From Lytechinus pictus (taxonomy: Eukaryota), in contig NC_087252.1 in NCBI RefSeq assembly GCF_037042905.1, forward strand, positions 24,244,001 through 24,308,000: a stretch of 64,000 nt of DNA, in the 5' to 3' direction. Below are positions 50,364-63,938 of the stretch, one piece after another. The notes under the pieces were generated by a model, which saw only the letters and a list, made by a program, of their open reading frames with translations, made no database searches and was not told the DNA's origin. Made by a program: the position numbers and the translations under genes. How positions within the stretch are numbered: position 1 is the stretch's first letter; each line of letters opens with the position of its first letter.

Positions 50364-51306
50364 AGGACAAGTCCATCACAACAAAAAGTTAAATTGAGTA
50401 AAAAGAATAAAATCCGACTATAGCATAATGATGAAAATTTCATCAAAATTGGAAGTGAAATAAGAAAGTTATGACATCTTAAAGTTTCGCTTAATTTCAC
50501 AAAACAGTGATATGCACATCCTGGTCGGTATGCAAATGAGGGAACTGATGACATCACTCATTCACTATTTCTTTTGTATTATGAAGTAAGAAATACTTAA
50601 ATTTTCTTCTCATTGTCATGTGAAATAAAGTTTTATTCCTTCCTAAACATGTGGAACTATACCATTGTTTTAACATTTTTTGGTTCAGTCAAGTTGGTCG
50701 GTCATTATTGTCAAATCTGTAAAAATTGAAATATTGTATAATTCAACTAATAAAAAAGATATTGAGCGAGGGACATCAACTCTCTCATTTGCATATCACT
50801 GAATTGTGCATAAAATACTGTTTTGTGAAAAATAAGCAAAACTTTAAAATGTCATAATACTTTTTTTTGTTTTAAATAAGTATAGGTACTTATTTATTGT
50901 CCATGGTTGGAAATTCTTCTTGTTTACATGCCGTGCAAAATGATAGACAACAAATTGTATAAATTTAACATGAACAATGGAATCTACATTTGGAACATGA
51001 CAATAAACATAATATATCTTACATAATAATTCATAACAGAGTATTTATTTAAATAACATGAAAGGCATTATATGAGCTCACTGAAATTTGCAATTTGGGA
51101 AATATCATGAAAAGACAATTATTGGATTGATTAAATTGTAATAAAGGGTGGAAAACTTGGTTAGATGTAATTTACATTTCAGGTGAGTACTACTTATGTA
51201 GTTGGGTAATGTATTCATATCCGATTTCAATGAAATTTTCAGCGCTATGCTTGTTTGATTTTTTAAAATGATTCAAATCAACATTTTTCCGGGGTGGATT
51301 TGACCT
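50364..51306. mobile_element. TTAA-flanked MITE (Kolobok-type) with an internal insertion
   Basis: TTAA|AGGACAAGTCCA...TGGATTTGACCT|TTAA. Confidence 0.7.
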
Positions 51307-53072
51307 TTAATAAAGAATAAAGTAGGCCTATGCAAGCGCAAACGGGAGAAAACATTCAAACAGGACATAACTCTTATCATGCATAGTCATGAACATGATG
51401 GGTATCAATTTAAAACATTGATAAGAGCGCGTGTGGAAAATTTGTGATATTCCGACCTGAAAAATATATTTATCTCTTTAAGCAATTGTTGCGAGACCTA
51501 AGAAAGAGACATGATTATGCCATTTTTGAAGTCATTAAGGGTGTGTATTTTCTTTAAAAAATGATGTGAATGCGGAGCAGTAGCTGAAAAGTTGTGATAT
51601 TCCGATCTGAAAATAAATATTCTGAGCACGATTTTTTTTGCTATTAAGGCCTCTAATACAAACGGGACATTACTTTTTGTAAGAATGTGTATCGAACTAT
51701 AATGATATACAGATCTGGAAAGCGAATATTTTTGAGAGTTTTTATGAGAATCCATGAAGAGGAACGTATAATGACTATTACCGATATTTTTTTTCCATCT
51801 TTGTTAAATACCCAACCTCTTTAACTTTGTTCCTGTCTCCCTCTCTTCCTCTTATTTTATTCTGTCTTTCGTTCCAACATGTTTTCACTACATGTACTTT
51901 ATTCTATCTCTGAGGCTTTCTTCTCATATGCTGGGTATTTCAATTAATTTCATATATGTATTATTATTTTGTAGAACAATTTCATTTTGATATTTGCCTA
52001 TTTTATTCCAATTTGTATATTTTTTAAAATGTCTGTATATACCATTTGTAAACTGAATGTAATTCAGCCTTTGGCTGCTATTTTCAGTGAATATTGAAAT
52101 AATTAAACCATTCAATCAAATCTCACTTCTTGAATAATGGGAGGGCGTAGCGCGAGCCGATTTTTACTTTTTTTGTATAATGATCAGGGTGCTTATCTCG
52201 CTGAAACAAAGTAATGAAAACTCAAATCGCGAGCATGACAAGCAGAATAGTTTCTGCATAATGACTTGAAATTCATATATTTTATGCCCTATATGCAGGG
52301 CAAGCGTGAACGAAATTTTTTATTTAATATATTAATAACCTGAAAGTTTGTCTATTTTCCAATTCCCTTCCGTTCATAATTATCATTCACTTTTATTCCT
52401 TCTCTCATCTTTCTTATTTTTTCGCCTTTCTTTCTTCCCCTCTATTTTTGGCGGCCACTTTGCCCCTCCGGATCCGCCTATGATTTTAGCACATTAAAAT
52501 GTGTAAGCAAAACTCGAGCTAAACTTTTTGATTGACTTGATTTTTTTTTAATTGTTGTAATGCTGAAACGTATAGTGCATAATGAATGAAAGCGCGAAGC
52601 GCGAGCTTCTCTTCCTATTTTCGCTGACAATGGAGGGGGGGGGGGGCACGACCGCTATAGGCCCTGGATCCACCTCAATGCTATACCTTTTTAGAGTCAT
52701 AATGCCCTTTATATTACCACATTTTCCTTGTTACAATTTGAGGGTTAATTGCATTCTTTGATTTTTTTCCCTTAATTTGAGGATCAAGTTATCAATTTGT
52801 TGAATGATTGGTCATTTTTTTCGTTTTTCTAGAATACATGTTCATTTATGTATTGATTACTAATCTATTTATTGTGTTACTTCATTGATTGATTGATAGC
52901 TTTATTCATTTATATATCTATGTATTTATTCATCTATTTTGCCTGTTCGGAAAGGGAAATGGGAAATATATAATAACAATAATCATTACAATAATAATAA
53001 CAGTAATAATAATGATGATGATGATGATAATAATGATAATGATAATAATAGCAATAATAATGATAATAATAA

Positions 53073-53976
53073 TGTTACGATACTGCAACAAATAACAATG
53101 AAAATTTAGTTTTAAATTTGATTTCCTTTTTTTATTACAGGAAATACATGTAAATCAATCAACAAAATAAAACAAAACATCTTACATGTCTTGAATAGTT
53201 AGATGTGCAATCCAAGGTTATGATATTATATCCAAATAAAATCCAAGTTGATTGGCGAAGATTCCGTAAATTAAAGTTCACAATGATGGCGATGTTGAAA
53301 CTGATGTTGAAGCACGATGAATAACAAGAGTCGCTGTAACGAGTTGAAATGTCCGTGAAGACGATGTTGATGATGATTAACAGTCAATTTCAGCAATCCT
53401 TGGGTTGAAAAGCGTTCATTAAAACAGGTTGATCTCGATGAGAACTGAGAATTCCTCTCTCAAAGTAACTGCAAACAGTTTATTGATGGCGTGCAAATAA
53501 TTCCACAGAAGATAAATGTTGAATTCCATGTGGAAATAAACTATGCTCTGACTTAAAGTCTGGCGTGAAACTCTGATATGATGTGATGATGTCCTTGAAG
53601 AAACTGCCAGCTTATATATAAATTATTCACTATTCTGGAAGCTTCTAGTATTCACTATTCTGGAACTTATTGTCTACAAAAAGAACATTCTCCTTCTTTC
53701 TGGAGCAATCAAATTCTAGAAGACTCTTGAATGACCTCAGTAAAATTAACAATGTAAGCAACATAGCTAATCCTATTGTTCATTTCCACTACCACTGAGA
53801 ATCGTATTGTGTATAGCAATCTCTATTCAGAAATAACAAAATTCCTCAGCCTATTAAAGAACATGCCTATATAACAAAGCTTTAGTGAGACATTCTGGAA
53901 TGTTCTTAATCATTCTATGCTAGGAATATCCTTAAAGAGAAAATAACTAAATAAAATGAATGTAATTGCTCTTACA
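53073..53976 (-). mobile_element. Putative solo-LTR-like segment containing heat-shock elements
   Basis: TG...CA ends inside an (AAT)n tract; on the minus strand the order is HSE cluster, TATA (53612-53622), AATAAA (~53478). No clean TSD seen. Confidence 0.4.
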
Positions 53977-54022
53977 ATTCTACTTATATTAAATAAATAA
54001 TAATAATAATGATAATAATAAT

Positions 54023-54122
54023 GGGGCGTCGGGGTCTAGTGGTTACGACTCTCTCCTTTCAATCAGAACCCAAGCGATGGCGTGATTTCCTTCAGCAAGA
54101 AATATACCAATTTTGTGCTGCC
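54023..54122 (+). repeat. tRNA-derived SINE fragment
   Basis: GGGGCGTCGGGGTCTAGTGGTTA head and CCTTCAGCAAG core. Confidence 0.5.
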
Positions 54123-55680
54123 TTATGATTAGAATAATAATACATCCAAGAGAGGGTTGTTAGAAAGAAATAATTATACTCATGTCGTATTTTCACAACA
54201 TTCGTTCTCTATAAAGGACAGTCTTGGATACGGTAACATTTTTTGTAATCCAATTCCGTCTTGATTTTATTTTCGTCTTCACTTTAATTTATTGTATTTA
54301 ATAATTTAATATATCGATCTGTTTTTGTATTACTGTAATACCTGTATATCATTTTTTTATAATTCAGTTTTTAATTTATAAAATAATTATACAACAACAA
54401 TCAAGAAAACAATGGATTATCACACATAGCATTACAATATAAACAAAAATTGAATAAAAAAAAGAAAAGAAAAAGGAATATAGGAGCGACATGAATTTCA
54501 TCGCAAAGAGATTAATAAAGATAACCATGAACATTCACAGCAAATTACAGCTCAAATCTCCCTTTGCGGAAATGAAGAGTTATTTAACCTGGCTTTTTAG
54601 CTATCCTATACTCTGTTTCTCTATTAACATTCAAATATTTTTTTTTTAAGACTGGTCAATGGTCAAACATATTTTTCATTTTTTAAGACTAGCCAAACAT
54701 GTATAGGGTATGTTTTTTCCCCAAGCTTTTCCCCGGGGGATATATTCTGGCGACAACTTGTTTAGGGGCCAAAATTTATAAATAAAACCCGCGAAAATCT
54801 GGTTTAGGCGGGGTTATTTTGCGCACAGAGAAAAACTCGTTTTGGGCATGTTGGGGTGTTTGGAAATAATTTGGCCACGCTGTGTACAGCAATACATTTG
54901 ACTGCCACCCCGGGCTTTTTAGCAACGGGTGGGTGTTTCATAAAGCTGTTCGTAAGATAATGACTTTACGCACGACTGGTGACCCCTTCTTGTGCCAAAA
55001 TGATACAACCCTATGTCATTCATTTATGACCTAAGAACATGTTCCTGTCGTTCGTAAAGTTGTGCGTAACTTTACGAGCAGCTTTATGAAACACACACCG
55101 GGGGGGGGGGGGGGCGTTTCATGAAAGGACTTGTCAGACGTTTTATCCGACAAGTCCCATTTTATCCGACAGTTACCATATTAGTAACAGTACCTCTCAG
55201 CCAATCAACATCAGAGAAAGATGTCAGATCTGACAACTTGTCGGATGAAAATGTTGATGAAACACACACCGGGTGTGAAATGATATGTCTATTGATATAC
55301 CAAAGGCACACTAAAAACCATTATCATTTTTTTGGGGAGAAAATTACATTTCTTTGATTTTTTTACAATACAATGTAGAAAAGCTGCTCGCATATGACGC
55401 CACAAATCAATTAATTGAAATTCTAATAACTTTTTTTATTATTTGATGGATTTTTCTCAAACCTTGGGCAATATATTTTTTTTGCTATTATTTTTTACAG
55501 TATATTTTCACAGTAAACTTTTTGTCAGGGTGAACAGAAATAGTTCAATTTGATAGGCTGGTAGTAATCTTGTTATATGAATTAGGCATTTGTTATCTTT
55601 ATGAAACCGGGACACTGATCTTCAGGTGTTTTACACAAGGGTGGAGCCAGGACATTTGATAGGGGGGGGGGGTCTGGCAA

Positions 55681-55716
<36 letters not shown>

Positions 55717-55899
55717 TTCCTATATTCGTGATTTGAATAATAGTTAAAAATTTGTCAATTTTTGTCAATTTTTATACTATAGATCTGCCACGTTTTCAAC
55801 TTCGCGCTCGCATTTTTCATTAAAATTGTGAAACATTATGTGAAACACATAATAGTAGACCGGCCAAAAGTAAAAAAGTGCTCTAGATAAGGATTCGAC

Positions 55900-57060
55900 G
55901 GCAAAATTTGTTAATGCTTGGCATCCCAGCTAAAAGTCTTGCAAAAATACCCAGGAATAGCGTACGGCCGGATGCCAAGCGCAATTTTGCGTGAAAGTAT
56001 CATTTTTAGCGTAAAAACTGAAAGAATGTCGAAAATCACGCATTTTGATATTTTGACATATTATCATCATATTTTTTATTATCTTTGATATGAGATTATT
56101 TTTATTCAGAGTTTCAAATTATAAGTCTCATAAATATGAATTTCAAATTTTAATATTACACACACACATATGGCACAGGAAAACATAAAACCGCGATTTC
56201 CTCAAAATAAAAGTTTGTGAAAACTATCAATAGTTTGAAGTTTTTTACGCAGCTTAAATTCTTCGATTTAACTGCGTTTATCCATCAAATGTATAGTAAA
56301 TGTCCTAATGTCACAAATATTAAAAGAATTTTTAAGTAAGATGGAAGATATCTCACTTTATGTTATCCGAAAGGAGACAATGTGCATTTTACCAGGTGCG
56401 CATTTTGAAAGAAAAATTGAAAATACCGTACATTATGTACATAATTACATGTATAAGTACATACTAAAGCGAGTTTTTAATTACATGTATAAGTGCATTC
56501 TAAAGCGAGTTTTTAATTGGATAGCACAATTTGTCAATTCTTTGCATCCCAGCTAAAAGTCTTGCGGAAATCCTGAGGAATAACGTATGGGCGGCTGCCA
56601 AGTGCACTTTTGCGTGAAAGTATCATTTTTTGCGTAAAATTTGAAAGACTGTTGAAAATCACGCATTTTGATATTTTGACGGATTATCATCATATTTTTG
56701 GTTATCTTTGATATGGAATTATTTTTGTTTAGAGTTTTTAATTATAAGTCTAGTAAATATGCATATCAATTTCGAATATTACACACACATATATGGCAAT
56801 ATGAAATATAAAATCGTGATTTACTAAAAATAATAGTTTGTGAAAACTATCAATAGTATAATGTTTGTGTTCCGCATCTCAATTTCGTCAATTTTAGCGC
56901 TAACCGAATAAATACATAATAATTGTTGTCATGGCACATATAGTGAAAACAAATGTTGAAATAAGATGCAAGATATATCCTTTTATGTTACATATGCGAA
57001 AGATAACAATGAACATTTATCGGATGCGCATTTCTGATAAAATACAAACAGCGCACAATA
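55900..57060. repeat. Diverged tandem duplication, ~620-bp unit, ~2 copies
   Basis: GCATCCCAGCTAAAAGTCTTGC at 55921 and 56544 with collinear downstream sequence. Confidence 0.85.
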
Positions 57061-57617
57061 TTACATCTATATTGCATATACTAATATCAATCAGTGCGAT
57101 ACTCGTCATGATATTATATAGGATTATATTTACTTTTGTAGAGTTCGATCTTCTTGCTATTTCCGCGAATTAATTGGTGCTGAACGTAAATCTACCTGTG
57201 GCGATATTCATAAATAGGTCTGATATTTAATTTGCCGTTACCATGGTAACATTAATTTTGTAGGAATATCTATATCCAAAATCATAGAAACAGTAGCGTA
57301 TCTAGGATTTTCCACAGGGGGGGGGGGGGCAAAACCGTCGGCCAAAAAAATTGACAAGCAAAAAAAAAAGGTCTTCAAGCTCGTTGGGGGGGGGGGGGGC
57401 ATGGATACGTCTTTTGCATGGGTTGGGACTCGTCAGGGGGGGCAGACTGCCCCCTCTGACCCCCCCCCCCGTAGGTACGCTAGTGCATAGAAAATATACA
57501 TGTATGAATAAAACGATCGAGCTAGCATTTTTAAACTACTCTGTCAATCTACATTTTACTTCAATTATTGGATTATCAAAGTCTAAAAAAATATGGCCGT
57601 TGCCACGGCAATACCTA

Positions 57618-58115
57618 TTTTTTGTCTCGCCTGCATGCATAGCAGAGCAGGACTAAAGGAGCCACTTTTCCGGCGGAGGCGACGGTAGCTTTGATATAAC
57701 AGCGTCATATCAACCTTGAAATCTTAACCAAGGTTACGTTTTCGAAATTTCGTTATAACTTTGAACGTATATGAAAAAAATTAATGACACTTATGACATT
57801 ATTCAGGTATTACTGATCGTCTTGCACAAGGTTTAGATCACATGATTAAGGTCAAAGGTCATTAGAGTCACTGAACTTTGGCCATATGGGGGTATTTTTT
57901 CTTAATGTCATCATAACTTTTGAATTTTATTTATCCAGTTCATGATTAAACTTGAATATAAGGGTATTAAAGTATGATGGATCATTTTGCACAAATTTCA
58001 GTTCACATGATCAAGGTTATACGTCATTTAGGTTCGATGAGCTTATTATTTTATTATCACATGAATGGCGCTTTTGTGAATAATTATTAGTTTCAGTTGT
58101 TTCTAATGTTCTGCT
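57618..58115 (+). mobile_element. Degenerate copy of the Helentron-associated element
   Basis: TTTTTGTCTCGCCTGCAT start and the same internal repeats as 60113-60656. Confidence 0.6.
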
Positions 58116-59326
58116 GCTATAATTATTATGTGAAAATATGAATAATAAATGTTGTTTGGTCTTTTGCATTGCAAGTTATAATTTTCATTCAATTCATTTT
58201 GCTTCATTACAGTTTTCGCGTTTGCTATTATCATAGGTCCATGCTGTTATATATCGTAGTCTAAGACGGGGGCCGGACAGTCCGACCCTGGGCAGCCCTG
58301 GACATACATGTATGTATTGCCAATGCCAATTTGGGAAATGCAATCTATATATTACAATATCTGCGCTGGACGCTGGTCATAAAGCCCCTTTCACAATTGA
58401 CGTACGACCTGTTTACGACCACCTGCAACAGTTTTTTCTTGTTGTTGCACGATCGATCCCTTGGTGTCTTGCGAGCACTCGCAGTCGTTGTAGACGATCG
58501 CACAAACTCGAGGTGGTCGGAGGTGATCGTGACTGGTCGCATCTGAACTTTGAACATGTTCAAAATCCAAACGCGATCAAATACGATTGATTCACTCGCA
58601 ACAGGTCGTACCATCGGTCGGGCGATCATCGTGTGAGTGTTGTTCAACGTTGTACGACTTGGTGCGAGAGGTGGCACAAGACAAGGTTTCCACTTTGGCG
58701 AGTTAACATCGCGAGTTATGGCGAGTTATAGCGAGTTGCCAAAATGAGGCACTCGCGATAACTCGCATAAAGCTCACCATGAAACTCGGGATAACTCGCG
58801 ACAACTCGGCATGGCTCGGCGGAGCTCTTTTAAGCTCGGGACAACTCTCCTTGAAGTCGTGAGCAGTTTCAAAAATTTTGAACATGTTCAAATTTTTTGC
58901 TAACTCGCCGTAACTCGTGCTGAACTCACCTTAACTCGTTATATACTCGCAGTACTCGCAATAACTCGTAAGAAGCTCGAGATAAACTCGTAATAACTCG
59001 TAATAACTCGCCACATCTGAGTATACGCGAGTGCGTTCCGAGTTTCCAAGAGCGAGATACGAGCATTGCGATCGTTTTACGAGTCAACAGGAGGAGCCCA
59101 CGAGATTAGCGCGACCTTAGATCGAGCACCCCGAGTTTCGTATGAGTTTATTCCGAGTGCGTGGCAAGTGCTCAGAGGCATGCCAGCTGAATGATAAATA
59201 TCCAGTGATCTATATTTTCCCATACATATTTCAAAGTGAGGGCACATTTCAAATGACCACGCACGTATACACACGTACTTTTAAAGAGGCTGTTGTCAAT
59301 ACTTCTAACAAATATTAAGGAGAAAT

Positions 59327-62300
59327 ATGCCTCGACCCAAGAGATCTAAGAGTCGTGCAGGTATAAAAGATGTCATTCAAACAGGAGTTGAACTAGAAGA
59401 AGTGGAGGATGAGACGAATGGAAAGGAAGAGGGTATAAATGTCGAGCAGAGTCAGGAAAAGGAAAAAGAACAAGACCAGGTCCAAGCTCAAACTACTGAG
59501 CACCAGGCATCGCCTGGTCGGATAGGTGGGGAGGAAAATGAACCCATCCTTCTCCACTCGCAGGGTTCTTTGTCTGGCACCCCAGGGAAGACGAAAAAAA
59601 GAACAAAGAAGTCCACCCCTAACAAGAAGTCCACCCCGAAGATGCGAAAAAGGCACCTAATCGCATACACATTTACCGATGAACAAGAAGTTGATTTAGC
59701 AGAGTGGTATAGAGATAACGACTGTCTGTATAACAGGCGACTAAAGACATACAAGGATACTGCAAAGAAGACAAGGCTAGTAGAAGAAAAGGCAAAGGAG
59801 TACAACCCCGTGTGCTCCGGTAAGTGAAGATGAATATTTGGGTGGGGGGCGAGCTAGCTCTGGCGGCAAAACGAAGCTTCGCTTAATATTTTTTGCTGCA
59901 TTCATTACTATAATTTCTACTATGATTATGATAGCAATAATTATCGAAAAATCCTGTAAACAACTGCCAATATTTGGTTCTGAAAATTTTGATCTCCAAT
60001 TTTTCGTTTATCCCGTTAGCTAGCTAAGTATTTCACTGTATGAGGAACATCAATTTAATATTAATAAATTCGTTTGTTTCTTTCCATTAATATCTGAGAT
60101 CTAAATTACTAGTTTTTGTCTCACCTGCATAAAGTACAGAGTTAGACTATAGGCGCCGCTTTTCCGACGGCGGCGGCGGCGTCAACACCAAATCTTAACC
60201 TGAGGTTAAGTTTTTGAAATGAAACTTGGCCATAAGGTTAATCAAGTATTACTGAACATCCTGCCTGCGTTTCATGTCACATGACCATGGTCAATGGTCA
60301 TTTAGGGTCAATGAACTTTGGTCGAATTGGGGTATTTGTTGAATTACCGCCATAACTTTGATAGTGTGTTGGTCTAGTTCATAAAACTTGTATCACTGAA
60401 CATCCTGTGCGAGTTTCAGGTCACATGACCAAGGTCAAAGGTCATGTAAGGTCAATGAACTTTGGCCACGTTGGGGGTATTGTTGAATTACCATCATATC
60501 TCTAAAGTGTATTGGTCTAGTTTATAAAATGTGGAAATGAGAGTAACCAAGTATCACTGAACATCTTGTGCGAGTTATAGTAGTTTTCAAAATCAGCACT
60601 GCTTCTATATTGAATTGCGTGATGCGGGTGAGACGGCCAGAGGCATTTCACTTGTTTAATTTAATTTTTGCAGTTGAACAGCTGAACAATTTCCTCAAGT
60701 CTATGAGGACACAGTACAGCCGTCTGACGAACCCAAAGTCTGGAAAGGGGACCAGAGACACACCTTTAAGTGAGAGGGATCAGTGGATTCTCAATACATT
60801 CCGCTTCCTCGAGGGACATATTGTGAGGATGAAAGGGAGAACATTGGGAAGGGTAAATATTTTATTTTTATTTTATTTTATTAAGATCTGTACTATCTGA
60901 TCTATTTGCTACATTTAAACAAATATATAAAAATCGCCATGGTGTGTCTTTGTCCAAGAGATGTTGATAGATTGACTTTTTTTGCAGACCTCTAAAGGAC
61001 GAGTAGCATCCCAACCGAGAGAAGACGAATACTCTTCCCCCGACCAGGATACTGAGACTGATGAGCGTGATGACAACAGTGAGAATGACCAGACCGCCCA
61101 AGAAGCTGATGACGCCACCTCAGAGCATGAAGCTGGCTCTTCGTACATCAACTTATCAACTGTTGGCAAGGGCAAGGGCAAAATGAAGAGGAGGTGTACA
61201 ACACCCAAGGTTGATTCCTCTGACGAAGCCAAGGAAAGAGAACTGCTGGAAAAGGTAAATTTGGTTTGTTGTAAAAGAAAAGACAGTACAGAAGGAGTAA
61301 TACATGTATTTCATCAGTGTTCATGAGTATTTATTTGGGAATGCAAGTATACACTAAAGTAAATTCAAACATCCCACATATTACAAAAATCATTCCGTTC
61401 TTTGGGGTCTTTCTGTGATACATTAATAAGTAATTAAACATTATGATACAGAACATTGTAATGTATTTAAAGAAACCGATCATAAAAGTGTTACATTAAG
61501 ATCTCAAAATGTGTTTTATATCGTGTGCAGAACATTTGGTTAATTGTGATTTTTGTTTCAGTACTCTAGAGATAATTTCGTGATATCGTAATTCCAGGTT
61601 AAATGCTAGATAACTTATGAGTTCTGTGTAACATGGTGAAATATAAACGATGCACCCATAAGTATTAAAGTGACTGGTATCCTTATATTTTGTTTTAGCT
61701 CCTCCAGCGAGCAGATGAGGTCAGAGATCTACGAAGGTCTTCTTTCGCCTTGTCATCTCCCCCCACAAAATTACCCCCCCATGAGGAACAGGTCAACGGT
61801 TTCGTAGCGTACTTGACCACTCAGCTGCGACAGATCCCGCAGGAACGGTGGCTTAACTTCACCATAGACATCATGAAGATGGTGCAAAGCTACATTTCAC
61901 CTCCTTCAATACCTGCTCCACTTGCTCAAACCCCTGTTCAGTCCCAACATGAAGAGCCCTTCCATTCTATGCATCAGACGTCCCAGGGAGCATTTTCTTA
62001 CGGCAGGATGCCACCAACGCCCTTCTCTCCATCAACATTCTCTTCACGCCAACAGATGACACCACAACGGATGACAAATCCACCTGGAATCTTCCACGAA
62101 TACCATGCACCGTCGCCTGCGTCATCGTTCATGCAACAGCAAAATCCAGGTCCTTCAGGATTCCAGAGATCGTCAAGTGGGTTTTTTCAGCAGGACTATA
62201 CCAACAACATCGAAACGCTTCAAGCTCCATCGATGTCTCTGAACCAGATGGGAGTTCAGGACGGTGGGATGAGAAGCTCACCGGAAAGTGCAGCATCAGC

Positions 62301-62334
62301 AGCAGTTCCGCCACCCTCGACAACAAACGCCTAG
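59327..62334 (+). CDS. Harbinger DNA-binding protein (MADF/Myb-SANT-like domain plus a BESS-like motif), 4 exons, 524 aa
   Basis: Join of 59327-59819, 60674-60852, 60988-61254 and 61699-62334 gives 1575 nt in frame with GT-AG introns. Motifs: FTDEQEVDLAEWYRDNDCLYN...QLNNFLKSMRTQYSRL and EEQVNGFVAYLTTQLRQIP. Confidence 0.85.
60113..60656 (+). mobile_element. Helentron-associated (DINE-1/pearl-like) non-autonomous element in intron 1 of the Harbinger MADF gene
   Basis: T-run insertion site; subterminal IR GTCTCACCTGCAT / ATGCGGGTGAGAC; short (GGC)n; internal tandem GGTCAAAGGTCA units; 3' mini-hairpin. Confidence 0.7.
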
Positions 62335-63251
62335 AGTAGGCTCTTCGGCATGTGGCGATATCTGTTTTTGTCAGTTGTTAAATTAGTGTTCTATTTCTAA
62401 AAGTTTGGTTTTAAACGTTCAGATTTTGACTTGCATGTTTATTTTTTTGTTCTAAAGTAGTAACAGGGTTGATTCCTCGGTCCATGCAAGATGTTGAGAC
62501 TCATATTGCTACAAATTTTGACTATGTTTGATGGATAGAAAAAAAAGATCACCAATAATGGATGAGCCAATTGTAGTTTTGCATTACGTGCGTTTAACTT
62601 GACTTAATTGTTCTGTATTCAAAATCATTGGTCTTGATTTACGAAGTAGAATGTGGCTAGTACTCCACTGTCATTTGAGTTTGCCAATTAATCCGATGGT
62701 AAGATGTGGTAGGTCCAGTTCTCCCTGAAACATTAACAAAGAACAATGAATAATTCATCAAAATTCTCTCAAAAGCGTACAAGTGTAGAATTGAAAACAT
62801 TATAAAAGTAATTTAATTGTTTTTTCTCCTATCAACAACTATTAACATGTGAGAAAAGGACCTCTTATTTCCGATAAAAATGATAATGTTTCTGTCGTAG
62901 TTTCCGAATGTGTTCGTTTACAGACCTTTTGTGTAGTTGAAATTTTGACAATAAAGTGGATTGCCATAAAATAATTTATTCTTCTTTGTCATGTGTTTGT
63001 GGTTTCCTAGCATGTACAATTTTTAGAGTATAAAATAAAATGAGATAATCCTTAATCGATACCATTGTGGAAATGACATGAAATTCTTGAAGGAAATTTG
63101 TTTTGGGATAAAATGTAATTCAGAAATCAGGTAACATGCATCTTTGGCAAATTTACTACACGAAATCTTACATAGCAATAAGTCAACTCTGAATATTTGT
63201 ATGCCTATGTGGGGAAGACTCTAGATACAAATGCGCACACCGTATCACCTT

Positions 63252-63938
63252 TTAGATCATCTTCTCTTGCCAAGGGACACTACCAGCTGGAGAGGTGTAG
63301 TAGCTGCGGAGGTAGTCACGTTGTGCCTTTGCCGCTTTGGTGGTATTGTTGCCTCTCATGACGTCCAGGCTCGCCAACTCGCGATCGCCCCTCCATATTC
63401 CTGGAATGATGTTGTGGGTCGCTGGGTCCTCAAAATCCACTAGATTATTGTGCAGCTTTGGGAACCGGATCCTCAAAAGGTTATGAAGTACACAACACGC
63501 CAGCACGACAGATTGTACTCGGTCAGGGGTCAGGTACAGTGTCCTTAGAAGGCAGCGGAACCTGAAATAAAAAAGACCAAGGCGATTTTTTTAAACAATA
63601 TACGTTGAACCCTATCCAATGTAGCAATTAATTTAACATGTTTAATGCTCTGTATGGCATAATTATCATACCTGTGCGCCAGTATTCCAAAAGCGTTCTC
63701 GACAACGCGTCGTGCTCTTGACAGCCTGTAATTAAACAGTCTTTCCTGGTCGGTCAACAGGCGGTGAGGATAAGGCTTCATCAACCAACTACGCAAAGGA
63801 AATGCGTCATCAGCGACAATCGAAAAGGGGATCGGTTCATCGTCGTTTGGCAGAGGTGATGGTGGGGGTATTCCCGCTGTGTCATCTTCCAAGGCTTTTC
63901 GAAGTTCGCATTCCGAGAAAATCCCACCATCTGACCAG
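63252..63938 (-). CDS. Harbinger transposase (HARBI1-like DDE nuclease), last two exons 63672-63938 and 63252-63561; 5' part outside the window
   Basis: SDGGIF, IVADDAFPLRSWLMKPY, FNYRLSRARRVVENAFGILAHR|FRCL...VLACCVLHN; GT-AG intron 63562-63671. Confidence 0.95.

Noticed and set aside
58700..59150. Regularly recurring TAACTCG units resembling a CRISPR-like array
   Set aside because: The repeats are only 6-7 nt, irregularly spaced and in both orientations; they are explained as Harbinger subterminal repeats in eukaryotic DNA
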